Notes: generated from the letters alone by a model not told the origin. A stretch of DNA of 64,000 bases from an uncultured Chloroflexia bacterium (GCA_963810095.1 CAWEMM010000006.1:128001-192000), one strand, 5' to 3'; shown: positions 1 through 13,181, counted from the first letter of the stretch. Program-made: numbers and translations.

Positions 1-821
1 GTGCGCCCGGTCAGCGGGCGACAGGCCACCAGCGTGAGCCGCTCGCCCGTTCCCGGCATCCTGTATACCGTCAGGGTCTCATAGCGGGTGGTGGCGGGGC
101 GGCCCTGGCTGGCCGCGATCACGCCCATACGTTTGCGGTCGCGCGGGTCGTGGCCGATTGCGCCGTTGATCTCCCCGCTGACAGGGTCCAGGCCCCCATA
201 AACCAGCGCCAGATAGGTCTTCTGCACCTCGCGATTTTTGAATTGCGTCTGAAGATGACGATGTGCCGCGTCGTTTTTCGCCACAAGGATCACGCCCGAG
301 GTGTCCTTATCGAGGCGATGCACGATGCCGGGACGATGCGCGCCGCCGACGCCTTCAAGATCGGGTACGTGGAAGAGGACCGCGTTGACGAGGGTGCCGC
401 GCCAGTTGCCTGCGGCGGGATGTACGACCATGCCCGCGGGCTTGTTGATCACGAGCACGTCGGCATCTTCGTACAGCGCCTCGAACGGGATATCCTCGGG
501 CTCGACATCATACTCGCCCGCCGGCGGGATGACGACCTCGATTACGTCGCCCTGCCCCACACGGTAGCTCTGTTTGAGCGCCCGGCCAGCGGAGGTGACC
601 TGACCCGCTTCGATCCAACGTTGAACTTCCGCGCGCGAACGATCGGGCAGTTGGCCGGCGAGCCACTTGTCAAGCCGCTCGCCCCCGCCTGCAGCAACCA
701 GCGTCAACAGTTCGGGCTCGTCTGCATCGTCCGCCGCGTCAAATAAAACTTCGGAAGCCGCATCGACTTCCGAAGCAGAGATTTCATCGTGAGCCGCTGG
801 CTTGTCGAGGGGTGCCGTCAT
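1..821 (-). CDS. rluD: RluA/RluD-family RNA pseudouridine synthase (3' end outside window)
   Basis: Manual minus-strand translation (absent from ORF track): MTAPLDKP...ERLDKWLAGQLPDRSRAEVQRWIEAGQV (S4 domain), RPGIVHRLDKDTSG catalytic motif, LTGRT at the window edge. ATG overlaps the lspA stop (ATGA). Confidence 0.9.
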   Translation of the reverse strand, partial: MTAPLDKPAAHDEISASEVDAASEVLFDAADDADEPELLTLVAAGGGERLDKWLAGQLPDRSRAEVQRWIEAGQVTSAGRALKQSYRVGQGDVIEVVIPPAGEYDVEPEDIPFEALYEDADVLVINKPAGMVVHPAAGNWRGTLVNAVLFHVPDLEGVGGAHRPGIVHRLDKDTSGVILVAKNDAAHRHLQTQFKNREVQKTYLALVYGGLDPVSGEINGAIGHDPRDRKRMGVIAASQGRPATTRYETLTVYRMPGTGERLTLVACRPLTGR

Positions 822-1342
822 TCGGTTTGCTTGGTCTCCGTCGTCTCCGGGTGCGCCGACTCCGTGCGCAGCAGCAAGATCGCCAACAGGATCGTACCGA
901 CGACAATGGACGCGTCGGCCACGTTCCAGGCCGGCCATTCGTACACACGGCCTCCGATCGGCACGGTGAAGCGCATGAAGTCGGTCACAAGGCCGTTTTG
1001 AGTGACCCTGTCAACCAGGTTGCCCATGGCGCCGCCAAGCATCAGGCCGAGCGCGAGCCGCATCCACCAGCTGTCATAGGCGAGGTAGCGTGAGTACATG
1101 ACGATGATGACGATCACCACGACGGCGACGACGACGAACAGGCCGGCCTGGCCGCGGAAGAGGCCGAAAGCCGCGCCCGAATTCTGATAGTGAACCAGGT
1201 TAAAGAATTGGGCCAGGTTCGGGAAAGGTGGGTAGCCCTGCCACAGGGGAATGCGAACCTCGATGAGGTTCTTGGACCATTGGTCAAAGGCGACGATAAC
1301 TGCCGCGATGAGCACGACCCACAGCCAGCCGATTCTACGCAT
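818..1342 (-). CDS. lspA: Signal peptidase II (lipoprotein signal peptidase)
   Basis: DQWSK, NSGAAFG, GGAMGNLVDR, VTDF and WNVAD motifs with four hydrophobic segments. Start placed at MRRIGW. Confidence 0.95.
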   Translation of the reverse strand: MRRIGWLWVVLIAAVIVAFDQWSKNLIEVRIPLWQGYPPFPNLAQFFNLVHYQNSGAAFGLFRGQAGLFVVVAVVVIVIIVMYSRYLAYDSWWMRLALGLMLGGAMGNLVDRVTQNGLVTDFMRFTVPIGGRVYEWPAWNVADASIVVGTILLAILLLRTESAHPETTETKQTE

Positions 1343-1494
1343 GCAGACTCTACTTCTCCAACTTTGGCGCGCTGTTGAAAGCGACATCTTACCACAGAGA
1401 CACGACGACATGCAGAACTAGCAAGCCTTCGCTAAAGCCCGGTTTGCCGTAGGCCTTCGTGCCCTTTTGACTTCTCAGGCGTGCAGCATCCGCA

Positions 1495-1845
1495 CTAATG
1501 CAGCTCGGCCATCCGCTGGCAGGTCATACAGAGCGCAGCCTGGGGAACCGCCTTGAGCCGGGCGAAGTCGATCTCTTCGTCGCAGCGTTCGCAGCGCCCA
1601 TAGGTGGCCTCGTCCATGCGGTGCAGCGCGTGTTCCACATCGGCCAGCGCCCGCTCGTGGTCTCGTCTCAGCGAAACCGTGGTCGCCTGGTCGAATGCAG
1701 CCGTCGCGTCTTCGGCCATATGATTGCCGAGCCCCACGTTCGCCTCCTGGGAAGCGTCGGCCAGGCCTACAAGTTCTTGCTTCAGGCTGGCTTGTTCCTC
1801 CAGAAGGTAGCCGCGCAGGCGCTCGATCCGCTCGGGTGACAACAT
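1495..1845 (-). CDS. TraR/DksA family C4 zinc-finger protein
   Basis: Coiled-coil N-terminus then YGRCERCDEEIDFARLKAVPQAALCMTCQ. Confidence 0.9.
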   Translation of the reverse strand: MLSPERIERLRGYLLEEQASLKQELVGLADASQEANVGLGNHMAEDATAAFDQATTVSLRRDHERALADVEHALHRMDEATYGRCERCDEEIDFARLKAVPQAALCMTCQRMAELH

Positions 1846-2066
1846 GGGACATCCTCAGGGACGGAGCTTCGGTGCTCCCAGTTATCCGGCTCACGCGCCG
1901 CGGGCGCAACGGCCCGGGACTCGTGCTGACATCGCCGGCCCGCGTATTGTACTGTAAGTGGCGGAATTCGCAAAGCTCCCGCGCAGCCGGTCCCGTCGGA
2001 CGGGGTTTCGGATGGGCTGGGGTATAATGCAGCGGTTCTGGCATTCGTCCCGATGGTGCGAGCCGT

Positions 2067-3785
2067 ATGTTGGCATCCCTCCCGCCGCTGCTTTCGCTGC
2101 TGGCCATGGCTTTTGGCGCCGCACTCATCGCGTATGTCATTGCGCGACGGCCGCACGAGGCGTCGTCCTGGGCGTTGAGCACCGTTGCCCTGGGCATCCT
2201 GATCTACTACCTGACCATTTACTGGCTCTACCGGCCCGGCTTGGCGCTGCAGGCCGGTTTCTTTTGGCAGAAACTGGGCGTGCTTGGAACGGGCATCGCG
2301 TCCATAGGCGCGGTGGCGCTCGTCTTCGCGCTGCGCGAAGGCACGCCGCCCCGCTGGGAGCGTGTCCTGGCAGTGGTGCTTGTCGCTCGGGCCGTCGGCG
2401 ATATGGCATTTGTTGCGGCCCTGGTCCCGCGTCCCCGGCCGGGGTGCCTCTTGCCCTCGGGCTTCCCCATGCTGCACTGCGGCCTGACGAACGATGTCGG
2501 CTCGGGGCTGGCCCTGCTCTCCGTCGCCGCCACCTTATTCCTGTTCTACCGCACATTTCGGCTCGCGTCTGACGCACGGCGCCAGATCTTCATGCGCCAT
2601 CTACTGCCGGCGGCCGCACTCATGTGCCTGGCCGCGGGCATGAACCTGGTCTGGAGCATGAACCCCGGCTCCCAATATCTTCCAAACGCGCTGATGATGG
2701 TCCCGGCTGGCGCGCTGATCGCGCGCATGCTGTTGGAACTCGAGCAATCCGACCGCGGGCTTCAGTTGTCGTCGTCGGCGCGCGGGTTTATCGCCTGGAC
2801 CGCGCTGCTGGTTGCGGCTGTCGTGCTGGACGCGTGGTGGTTCCCCGGCGGCACCCCGCTCGTTTCGCTGCTGGCACTCGTGGCCGGGCTCGTCGGCGGG
2901 CTCACGCTTCTCGGCCAGCGCGTCGCCAGCGAGGTGCCCGTGATGAAGGATTTGGGACACCTCGTCGCGCGCAACGCGGCGCCTGACGCAGCAGACCCCC
3001 TACCCGCTGGGCCGGATAAGGAAGCCCCATGGCTGCGGATTTCCCTGCTAGGCCCCTTCAGGGTAGAACGCGGGGGCGACGCGGTGCCGAACAGCGCACG
3101 CTCCTGGCGTTCGGACAAGAGCAAGTCGCTGCTGGCCTATCTCATCCTCAGCCACCCGGCTGGGCTGACGGCCACCCAGCTTGTCGACGCGCTGTGGCCG
3201 ATCGGCGACGACGGTGACGGCGACAGGGAAAAGAAGGCGCTCAACGCCCTGCGCAGCTATGTCTCGACGCTCCGCCACATCCTCGAGCCCGACCGGCCGC
3301 GCGACGTCCCGGGCCTGATCCTGCATGAAGGTGGACGTTACCGCCTCGCACCTGGCCCGGGCGTATGGGTCGACGTGTGGGAGTTCGAGCGGCTGACCGG
3401 GGCGGCCGAGCGGATGGCCGCGGCCGGGGATTTGCAAGCGGCGGCGGAAAGCTGGGAGCAGGCAGTTGCCCTGCACGGCGAGCTGGGCCTGTTGCCCGAC
3501 GAGGGCTGGCTGCCGCCCGAGATCGTGGAGCCGGAGCGCGAGCGGCTGCGCCAGCAGTGGCTGCGGGGGGTGCGTTGGCTCGCACGGCATGAAGCGACTG
3601 CCGGGTCTACCGAGCGCGCCGCAACCCTGTGGGAGACGGCATGGCGGGCGGCGCCACTCGACCAGGAGGCGTACGGATGGCTGGCAGCGCACTACCGGCA
3701 GACGGGCCAGACGGCGCAGTTGGCCGCGCTGCAGGACGCCCGGCGGCGGATAGAGCGTGAAATGGGCGCGGAGGAGGCTGCGTAA
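2067..3785 (+). CDS. Membrane-anchored SARP-type regulator (N-terminal multi-TM region, winged HTH, BTAD)
   Basis: About 8 hydrophobic segments in the first ~280 aa, then LRISLLGPFRVERGG...KSKSLLAYL...QLVDALWP (wHTH) and VWVDVWEFE...ERERLRQQWL...PLDQEAY (BTAD). Confidence 0.8.
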   Translation: MLASLPPLLSLLAMAFGAALIAYVIARRPHEASSWALSTVALGILIYYLTIYWLYRPGLALQAGFFWQKLGVLGTGIASIGAVALVFALREGTPPRWERVLAVVLVARAVGDMAFVAALVPRPRPGCLLPSGFPMLHCGLTNDVGSGLALLSVAATLFLFYRTFRLASDARRQIFMRHLLPAAALMCLAAGMNLVWSMNPGSQYLPNALMMVPAGALIARMLLELEQSDRGLQLSSSARGFIAWTALLVAAVVLDAWWFPGGTPLVSLLALVAGLVGGLTLLGQRVASEVPVMKDLGHLVARNAAPDAADPLPAGPDKEAPWLRISLLGPFRVERGGDAVPNSARSWRSDKSKSLLAYLILSHPAGLTATQLVDALWPIGDDGDGDREKKALNALRSYVSTLRHILEPDRPRDVPGLILHEGGRYRLAPGPGVWVDVWEFERLTGAAERMAAAGDLQAAAESWEQAVALHGELGLLPDEGWLPPEIVEPERERLRQQWLRGVRWLARHEATAGSTERAATLWETAWRAAPLDQEAYGWLAAHYRQTGQTAQLAALQDARRRIEREMGAEEAA

Positions 3786-3883
3786 GTTATTCGTAACGCT
3801 GCTTTGGTATGGTGGATGGGATACGTCGCCGGTGCGCGGTGGCGCAAGCTGCCCGCCGCATCTCAGCAAAGGAGCCACCCCCT

Positions 3884-6800
3884 ATGAAACCTCGTCTGTT
3901 CACGTTATTCCTGCTCACAGTGATCGTCGCACTGCTTTCGCCCCTGACGGCTGCCGCGCAGGACGCGCCGCCGCTCCACACCTTTCAGTTGTCGGGAGAG
4001 GAAAGCGCGTCACTCAAACCTTCTATCGAAGGCGGTGGGCCGGCGGGCCGCGCCTTCGGAGCGGAGCCGGCCGCGGTCGCGCTGGGCCAGCCGGGGATAA
4101 GCTTCCGATATGTCCAGACGTTCGGGCAAGCCGAACGGGGGTATTTCGACGACACGGCCCATCTCAACTATCCCTACGGCCTGACGACAGACGGCAACAA
4201 CGTGTGGATTGCGGACTCGCTGGGTCTGCGTGCTGTCAAGTACACGAATGACGGCATGTTCGTGAGCCAGATCGGCAAGTCGGGGTTCCGTTATGGGACG
4301 GGCCAAGATTTGCAGTTCGTCGCGGACGTCGGCGTCGATAGCGCGGGAAACGTCTGGTTCGTGGACAACGATGCCAATTACGTGCTGAAATTCGACGCTA
4401 CCGGGAAGTACCTGAGCAGTCTCGGCCGGAGCTACGACCCGGGCCAAAGCAACGACCGTTTGCATGGACCGCACAGCATCGCGTTCGACGGCGCCGGGAA
4501 TATCTACGTCAGCGATAGCTGGAACAACCGGATCCAGGTTTTCAGGAGCGACGGCAGCTACCTGGCCACGATCGGACAAACCGGCGTCCAGGGCTCTGAC
4601 AATGCCCACTTCTGCAACCCGCAGCACATCGCCATCAGCGGCGCCGGCCTATGGGTGGCAGATGCCTGCAATCACCGCATCCAGGTTTTCGATATCGCCA
4701 ATCCGGCCGCAGCCGCCTACCAGGCGACCATCGGCGTCTCTGGCCAGTCGGGCTCCGACAACGCTCATTTTGATCTCCCGTACGGTGTTGCGGTGTCTGC
4801 CAACCGCATCTTCATCGCGGACCAGGACAACCACCGGGTCCAGGTCTTTGATCGCGCCACACGCGCATATCAGGCGACCATCAGCCAGGGGTGGGGTCAG
4901 GACAACGCGCACCTGCGGCATCCCACCGACGTCGCGGTGGACGCGTCAGGCAACCTCTACGTGGCGGATTGGCTCAATGCCCGGGTGCAGCAGTTCAACA
5001 GCGGCCTGACCTATGTCCGCACCTATGGCACGACGGGAGTGCCCTACCTGACAGACAACCTGCACTACAACAACCCGTCCGGCTTGGCCGTGGCGCCCGA
5101 CGGCAGCATGTACATCACCGAAGCGAAGGGCGAGCGCCTGATCAAACTGAGTGCCAGCGGCGCGCCGCAATGGGCGATTGGCATGCCCGGCGTGATCGTG
5201 GATGCCGAGGCTACCGGCCGGCTGAATGACCCGCGCGATGTCGCGCTGGCACCATCGGGCCTGGTTTACGTGGCGGATAGCGGCAACAACCGCATCCAAA
5301 TCTTCAACCCCGATGGCTCCTACTACGCCACCCTAGGCGATGGATGGGGCACGGGCGACTACCAGTTCGACCGGCCGACCGGTCTTTTCATCACCCCGGG
5401 TGGCACAATCTACGTCGCCGATTACAACAACCACCGGGTGCAGATCTACAACAACAGCCGGGTCTACGTGGGCACCATTGGCGTGACAGGCGTGGGCGGT
5501 TCGGACAACGCGCACTTCCAAAATCCGCGTGACGTGGTCGTGGACGGTCGCGGGACGATCTACGTTTCAGAGAATAACAACTTCCGGGTTCAGGTGTTCG
5601 ATGCGAACCGCAACTACGTGCGAACGATCGGCGTGACAGGGGAGGGCGGCGACGGCTTCGACCATCTGAACGGACCGCATCATCTGGCCGTGGATGCGCA
5701 CAACAACCTGTACGTCTCGTCGAACTGGAACTCTGCTGTGCATGTCTACAACCAGGACGGCGCGTATCTCACGACCATCGGCGGCAGCCGCGGTAACCGC
5801 AGCGGACAGCTCGCGGGGCCGTACGGCCTCGCCTTTGACCCCGCAGGCAATCTGTACGTCGCAGACTCGGACAATCACCGCATCCAGAAGTACGCGCCCG
5901 GCGTGCCCGGGTGGAAGCAGGTGAACATCAACGGCTGGGGCGAGCGCTATGCGAGCATCGACAGCCTTGCGCCCTTCGGCGGCAACCTGTACGCGGGCGG
6001 CGGCAAGACCATCCGTCGTATGGACAGCAACGGCACGTGGACCCCGGTTATGTCAGACGGGTTCGGCAGTCCGAGCAACGTCGGCATCGATCACGTGATC
6101 GAGTTCAAGGGCCAGTTGTACGCGGGTACCTGGACCTGGCTGTGCGACGATGCGAACTGCAACACCGGCCACCCTACCGGCGGGCAGGTATGGCGCACGG
6201 CAAACGGGACGCAGTGGACGAAGGTAGTGGATGCCGGCTTTGGTGACCCCGCCAACGCCGAAGTATTCCGCTTCGTCGTCTTCAACGATCAGCTATACGC
6301 TTCGACCTGGGCTTCGTCCAATACCCACGGCGCGGAAATCTGGCGCAGCAGCACGGGCAACCCGGGCGAGTGGACCCGCGTGGTGACCAAAGGCTTCGGC
6401 GACCCCACGCACACGGGCGTAGTCGCTTTCGCCATCCATAACGACGCGCTTTACGCTGGAACCTTCAATGGCGCAGGTAAGGGCGGCGAGGTGTGGCGCA
6501 GCGCAAACGGCAGCGACTGGTTGAAGGTAGGCCTCGCGGGGTTTGGCGACCCTGGAAACCGCGCCGACACGGGCGCACTGGCCTCATTCGGCGGGAATCT
6601 GTACGCCGGAACATACAACAGCACCACCGGCGGACAGGTGTGGCGCTGCGCGCAGTGCGATGGGAGCGACTGGACGCGCGTCGTGGGCGATGGCTTCGGT
6701 GATCGGGAGAATCGCCGCCTGGCTGCCCTCATCCCCTTCAACGGCGCGCTGTATGCGGTCACCAACAACTATTACGGCAACGGCTTAGGGCTGCGCCGGA

Positions 6801-7879
6801 CCATCGACGGTGTTAACTGGACACTGGCTGCGGCCGCCGGCTTTGGCGACAGCAATAACACGGGGCCATACTGGGGCAACTCCGTGACAGTGGCGAACAA
6901 CCGCCTGTATATTGGGACGGCTAATGATGCGAAGGGCGCGGAGGTCTGGGCCACCGCGCTCACCGCCGATTTCACCGCCACGCCCACGCGCGGCCGGCCG
7001 CCGCTGGCCGTCCAGTTCACCAACACCTCGGCCGGCGACTACACCTCCAGCCAGTGGGAGTTCGGCGACGGTGCGACCAGCACGGAGAAGAACCCCGCGC
7101 ACACCTACACGCAGGCGGGGACGTACACGGTCAAGTTGACCGTGAGCGACGGGACGGACAGCAACACGCTCACGCGCGAGACAGTCCACGTCGGGTACTC
7201 GCTCTACCTGCCAACCCTGATGCGCAACTACGACGCCCTGCTGTACGACAACTTCGACGATCCGGCGTGGGACGGCGCCTGGAACCCGGCGAAGTGGACT
7301 GCGAGTTGGAATCCTGCGCTCTTTCGCGTCATCCAGCAGAACGGCTCGCTCACATTCACGAGCGGCAGCAACGTGCCTGCCGCTCAGGGCGCCTACCTCC
7401 AGATGGCGGCTCCGAGTGAGCGCAGCCTCAAACAAATCAAGGTGTACGAGGGCAAGTTGAGGATCAGCAGCGATCACCAGGGCGGCTGGGGGTCGGTCAG
7501 TCTCTTCGTTCCGGCGGATAATATCAATGGACGCGGGTGGTGGATGCAATGTAGTCTGGGCGCCGGACCGGATCGAAAGCCGGGGACGGGCTGCGACGTA
7601 TACACTTATGTCGGCCAAAACTACACTGGCGAGTATAACACCGACGCTTTTCCCAGCGAGTACGACCACTGGTACACCTTGCGAATCGAAGCCGATCCTG
7701 CGACGGCGCACTTAAGGTTCTACCGAGACGGCCAACTTTTGGGAGAATACACGCCAAAGGACGCTGCCGCGCTTGTGACAGCGACTAACCTCAGACCACA
7801 AGTGTCGATCTGGAACGGCGACGCAAACGTCGTAATGAGCCGCTACGTCGACGCCGTGCGGATCACGCCGGCGAAGTAG
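3884..7879 (+). CDS. Large secreted NHL-repeat beta-propeller protein with a second propeller-like region, PKD domain and C-terminal beta-sandwich
   Basis: AAAGGAG RBS before ATG 3884; signal peptide MKPRLFTLFLLTVIVALLSPLTAAA; many NHL repeats (PxGxAVDxxGNxYVADxxNHRIQ); GFGD repeats; PKD WEFGDG...NPAHTYTQAGTYTVKLTV; LYLPTLMR motif. Confidence 0.85.
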   Translation: MKPRLFTLFLLTVIVALLSPLTAAAQDAPPLHTFQLSGEESASLKPSIEGGGPAGRAFGAEPAAVALGQPGISFRYVQTFGQAERGYFDDTAHLNYPYGLTTDGNNVWIADSLGLRAVKYTNDGMFVSQIGKSGFRYGTGQDLQFVADVGVDSAGNVWFVDNDANYVLKFDATGKYLSSLGRSYDPGQSNDRLHGPHSIAFDGAGNIYVSDSWNNRIQVFRSDGSYLATIGQTGVQGSDNAHFCNPQHIAISGAGLWVADACNHRIQVFDIANPAAAAYQATIGVSGQSGSDNAHFDLPYGVAVSANRIFIADQDNHRVQVFDRATRAYQATISQGWGQDNAHLRHPTDVAVDASGNLYVADWLNARVQQFNSGLTYVRTYGTTGVPYLTDNLHYNNPSGLAVAPDGSMYITEAKGERLIKLSASGAPQWAIGMPGVIVDAEATGRLNDPRDVALAPSGLVYVADSGNNRIQIFNPDGSYYATLGDGWGTGDYQFDRPTGLFITPGGTIYVADYNNHRVQIYNNSRVYVGTIGVTGVGGSDNAHFQNPRDVVVDGRGTIYVSENNNFRVQVFDANRNYVRTIGVTGEGGDGFDHLNGPHHLAVDAHNNLYVSSNWNSAVHVYNQDGAYLTTIGGSRGNRSGQLAGPYGLAFDPAGNLYVADSDNHRIQKYAPGVPGWKQVNINGWGERYASIDSLAPFGGNLYAGGGKTIRRMDSNGTWTPVMSDGFGSPSNVGIDHVIEFKGQLYAGTWTWLCDDANCNTGHPTGGQVWRTANGTQWTKVVDAGFGDPANAEVFRFVVFNDQLYASTWASSNTHGAEIWRSSTGNPGEWTRVVTKGFGDPTHTGVVAFAIHNDALYAGTFNGAGKGGEVWRSANGSDWLKVGLAGFGDPGNRADTGALASFGGNLYAGTYNSTTGGQVWRCAQCDGSDWTRVVGDGFGDRENRRLAALIPFNGALYAVTNNYYGNGLGLRRTIDGVNWTLAAAAGFGDSNNTGPYWGNSVTVANNRLYIGTANDAKGAEVWATALTADFTATPTRGRPPLAVQFTNTSAGDYTSSQWEFGDGATSTEKNPAHTYTQAGTYTVKLTVSDGTDSNTLTRETVHVGYSLYLPTLMRNYDALLYDNFDDPAWDGAWNPAKWTASWNPALFRVIQQNGSLTFTSGSNVPAAQGAYLQMAAPSERSLKQIKVYEGKLRISSDHQGGWGSVSLFVPADNINGRGWWMQCSLGAGPDRKPGTGCDVYTYVGQNYTGEYNTDAFPSEYDHWYTLRIEADPATAHLRFYRDGQLLGEYTPKDAAALVTATNLRPQVSIWNGDANVVMSRYVDAVRITPAK

Positions 7880-7945
7880 GTGCGACGCGCAAGGGCCGCC
7901 ATGCGCGTGCGTGACGGCCCTTGCGCAGAGCGGAAGAAGGCGAAA

Positions 7946-8185
7946 TCAGCCCTTGCGCTGATTCTCCATGTAGTCTTCGACCGTAAAGCCGGCGTCCTTA
8001 AGTATTCGCGCAGCCAACCCGCGCCCGATATCCGTTCCAGTATGCATGGGAACCGTCACGGATCGGCGCCTCGCCTGATGCCAGAGCGTTAAGTGACTAC
8101 CCGACTGCCTATCTTCGACGAAACCTTGCGACTTCAAGAACCTGACAAGATCGCGCGCAGTCACCTGCGGCATACGCGTCATCAT
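7946..8185 (-). CDS. hicA: HicA family toxin
   Basis: LKSQGFVEDRQSGSHLTL...VTVPMH...ILKDAG; overlaps the hicB stop. Confidence 0.9.
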   Translation of the reverse strand: MMTRMPQVTARDLVRFLKSQGFVEDRQSGSHLTLWHQARRRSVTVPMHTGTDIGRGLAARILKDAGFTVEDYMENQRKG

Positions 8186-8418
8186 GGCAGACCTACAGAT
8201 AGCCGCTCCACGTACACCATCTGATCTAACTGAGGAACCGCTTCGCCGTGCGCGTGCAGCGTGGCAATATGCTGCTGGACTGCGTCGCGGATGTTCCGCC
8301 GCGCTTCTTCGACTGTTCGACCATTGCTAAAGCAGCCCGGCAAACCGGGGATGTATGCGCTGTATCCTTCGTCTTCGGGTTCCTTCTCAATCACAATGTC
8401 AAAATCGTAGAATTTCAC
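8182..8418 (-). CDS. hicB: HicB family antitoxin (short form)
   Basis: GYSAYIPGLPGCFSNGRTVEEARRNIRDA; GTG start with AAGGAG RBS; hicB-hicA order. Confidence 0.9.
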   Translation of the reverse strand: MKFYDFDIVIEKEPEDEGYSAYIPGLPGCFSNGRTVEEARRNIRDAVQQHIATLHAHGEAVPQLDQMVYVERLSVGLP

Positions 8419-8473
8419 GTCGCGCTCTCCTTCAACAGTCTGCTCAGAGTATACATCGTTCTTATGGCAAGCG

Positions 8474-8517
8474 AAACGGAAACCTTCGGGGTTCTGTCAC
8501 CTCGAAGGTTTCTGTTT
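8474..8517. repeat. Imperfect hairpin just downstream of ileS (REP-like element or terminator)
   Basis: AAACGGAAACCTTCGGGG-ttctgtca-CCTCGAAGGTTTCTGTTT. Confidence 0.55.
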
Positions 8518-8534
8518 GGTGATGTGTGACGGCC

Positions 8535-11867
<3,333 letters not shown>

Positions 11868-11990
11868 AATGCTTCCCTCGCTCGATTGAGAGCTCAATCA
11901 CCACCAAGACACCAGGACACAATGGTACGCGAAGCCAGTTGCGATAGTCGTTGTGAACCTTCGTGTCTTCGTGCCTTCATGGTTCTCCAG

Positions 11991-12728
11991 TTACCCAACC
12001 TCGATATAGATGCGCTTGTTGATCGCGCCTTTTGACTTGTAATCCGTGACCTTGATCTTGCCCACCTCGCGGGTGTTGGCCACGTGGGTCCCTCCGTCGG
12101 CCTGGAGGTCCAGCCCGACAATCTCCACGGTTCGCACTTCCTTGATCCCCTCGGGCAGAAGGTTGATCTTGGTGCGAATGAGATCGGGAATCTGGAAAGC
12201 CTCCTCCCGAGGGAGGATCTTGACCCGCACGTCGCGGGCGGCCTTGATCTCGGCATTACACTTCGCTTCGATCTCCGCGACCAACTCACCGTGCATCGTG
12301 GCGAACTCGAAGTCCATGCGGCCCTGGCCCGGGTCCATGTTCCCGCCCGTCACTAGTGCGCCGTAGTCTCGATAGACAACCCCGCACAGGATGTGCAGCG
12401 CAGTGTGGGTCTGCATCAGCTTGTAGCGACGGTCCCAGTCGATCGACCCCGTTACGGCCGTGCCCTCCTGCGGCAGAACGCCGTCGAGGGTATGCCAGAC
12501 CCGGTCTCCGTCCTTCTTGACGGCAGTCACGGGAACGGATACTTCGGGTGTCTCCGCGCCCTCGAACACGTGCAGTTGCAGCATGCCGACGTCGTTCGGC
12601 TGGCCGCCCCCGCCCGCATAAAAGGCCGTCCGATCCAGCGACACCCGGCTCCCAGCCGCGTCGACCGCCACGACCCTGGCGTCGAACTCCTTCAGGTAAC
12701 TATCCGTCTGATATAGCAAGTCCGTCAC
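11991..12728 (-). CDS. alaX: AlaX-M type aminoacyl-tRNA editing protein
   Basis: LDRTAFYAGGGGQPND, IDWDRRYKLMQTHTALH (HxxxH), DLQADGGTHV. GTG start with GGAGG RBS. Confidence 0.9.
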   Translation of the reverse strand: MTDLLYQTDSYLKEFDARVVAVDAAGSRVSLDRTAFYAGGGGQPNDVGMLQLHVFEGAETPEVSVPVTAVKKDGDRVWHTLDGVLPQEGTAVTGSIDWDRRYKLMQTHTALHILCGVVYRDYGALVTGGNMDPGQGRMDFEFATMHGELVAEIEAKCNAEIKAARDVRVKILPREEAFQIPDLIRTKINLLPEGIKEVRTVEIVGLDLQADGGTHVANTREVGKIKVTDYKSKGAINKRIYIEVG

Positions 12729-12826
12729 GACCTTCCTCCAGGATCAAGACGCTCAACACAAAGACAGCAAGGCACAAAGAAGACCGAGCGCCTCTTCACC
12801 TCATTGTGTCCTCGTGTCTGTGTGTT

Positions 12827-12862
12827 AAACAAAAAGCTCCCGTCCCACATGGGGACGAGAGC
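12827..12862 (-). terminator. Intrinsic terminator of the T-box leader
   Basis: Minus strand GCTCTCGTCCCC-ATGT-GGGACGGGAGC followed by TTTTTGTTT. Confidence 0.85.
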
Positions 12863-13172
12863 GTCTGCTCTTCGCAGCTAGACTCCCGCGATACCACCCC
12901 GCTTGGCGGGTCTCGCAATGCGAGACACAAGCGCTGCCCAGGCAGCGCACGCCCACTCTGTTGAGGCGCAATCACGCCTCTGCGCTCGCTAACGGTGCGC
13001 AATGCCGGCGACGCCTACTGGCGGAGCGATAAGGTGCTCCGGTTTCGGGTCGCAGCTCCGGAAGGATTTTCGACGGTTCTTCGGCATCCGGCTCGCACCG
13101 TCCCGGACTCGCTGAGGCCTTGGCTCCACGTATCTGTTGGATTACCGCCTACTCGTTTCCATCATGGCCGTT
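12827..13172 (-). ncRNA. T-box riboswitch, Ile specifier (AUC)
   Basis: Minus strand: Stem I with AGTA, CAGCGAG (AG bulge), GGTGCGA apical loop and specifier loop GAAA-ATC-C (codon at 13065-13067); T-box AAGCGGGGTGGTATCGCGGG at ~12885-12904; terminator follows. Confidence 0.9.
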
Positions 13173-13181
13173 ACAGCGCCA

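Noticed and set aside
150-746. 198-aa plus-strand ORF
   Set aside because: Antisense shadow of the minus-strand pseudouridine synthase, which carries the HRLD motif.
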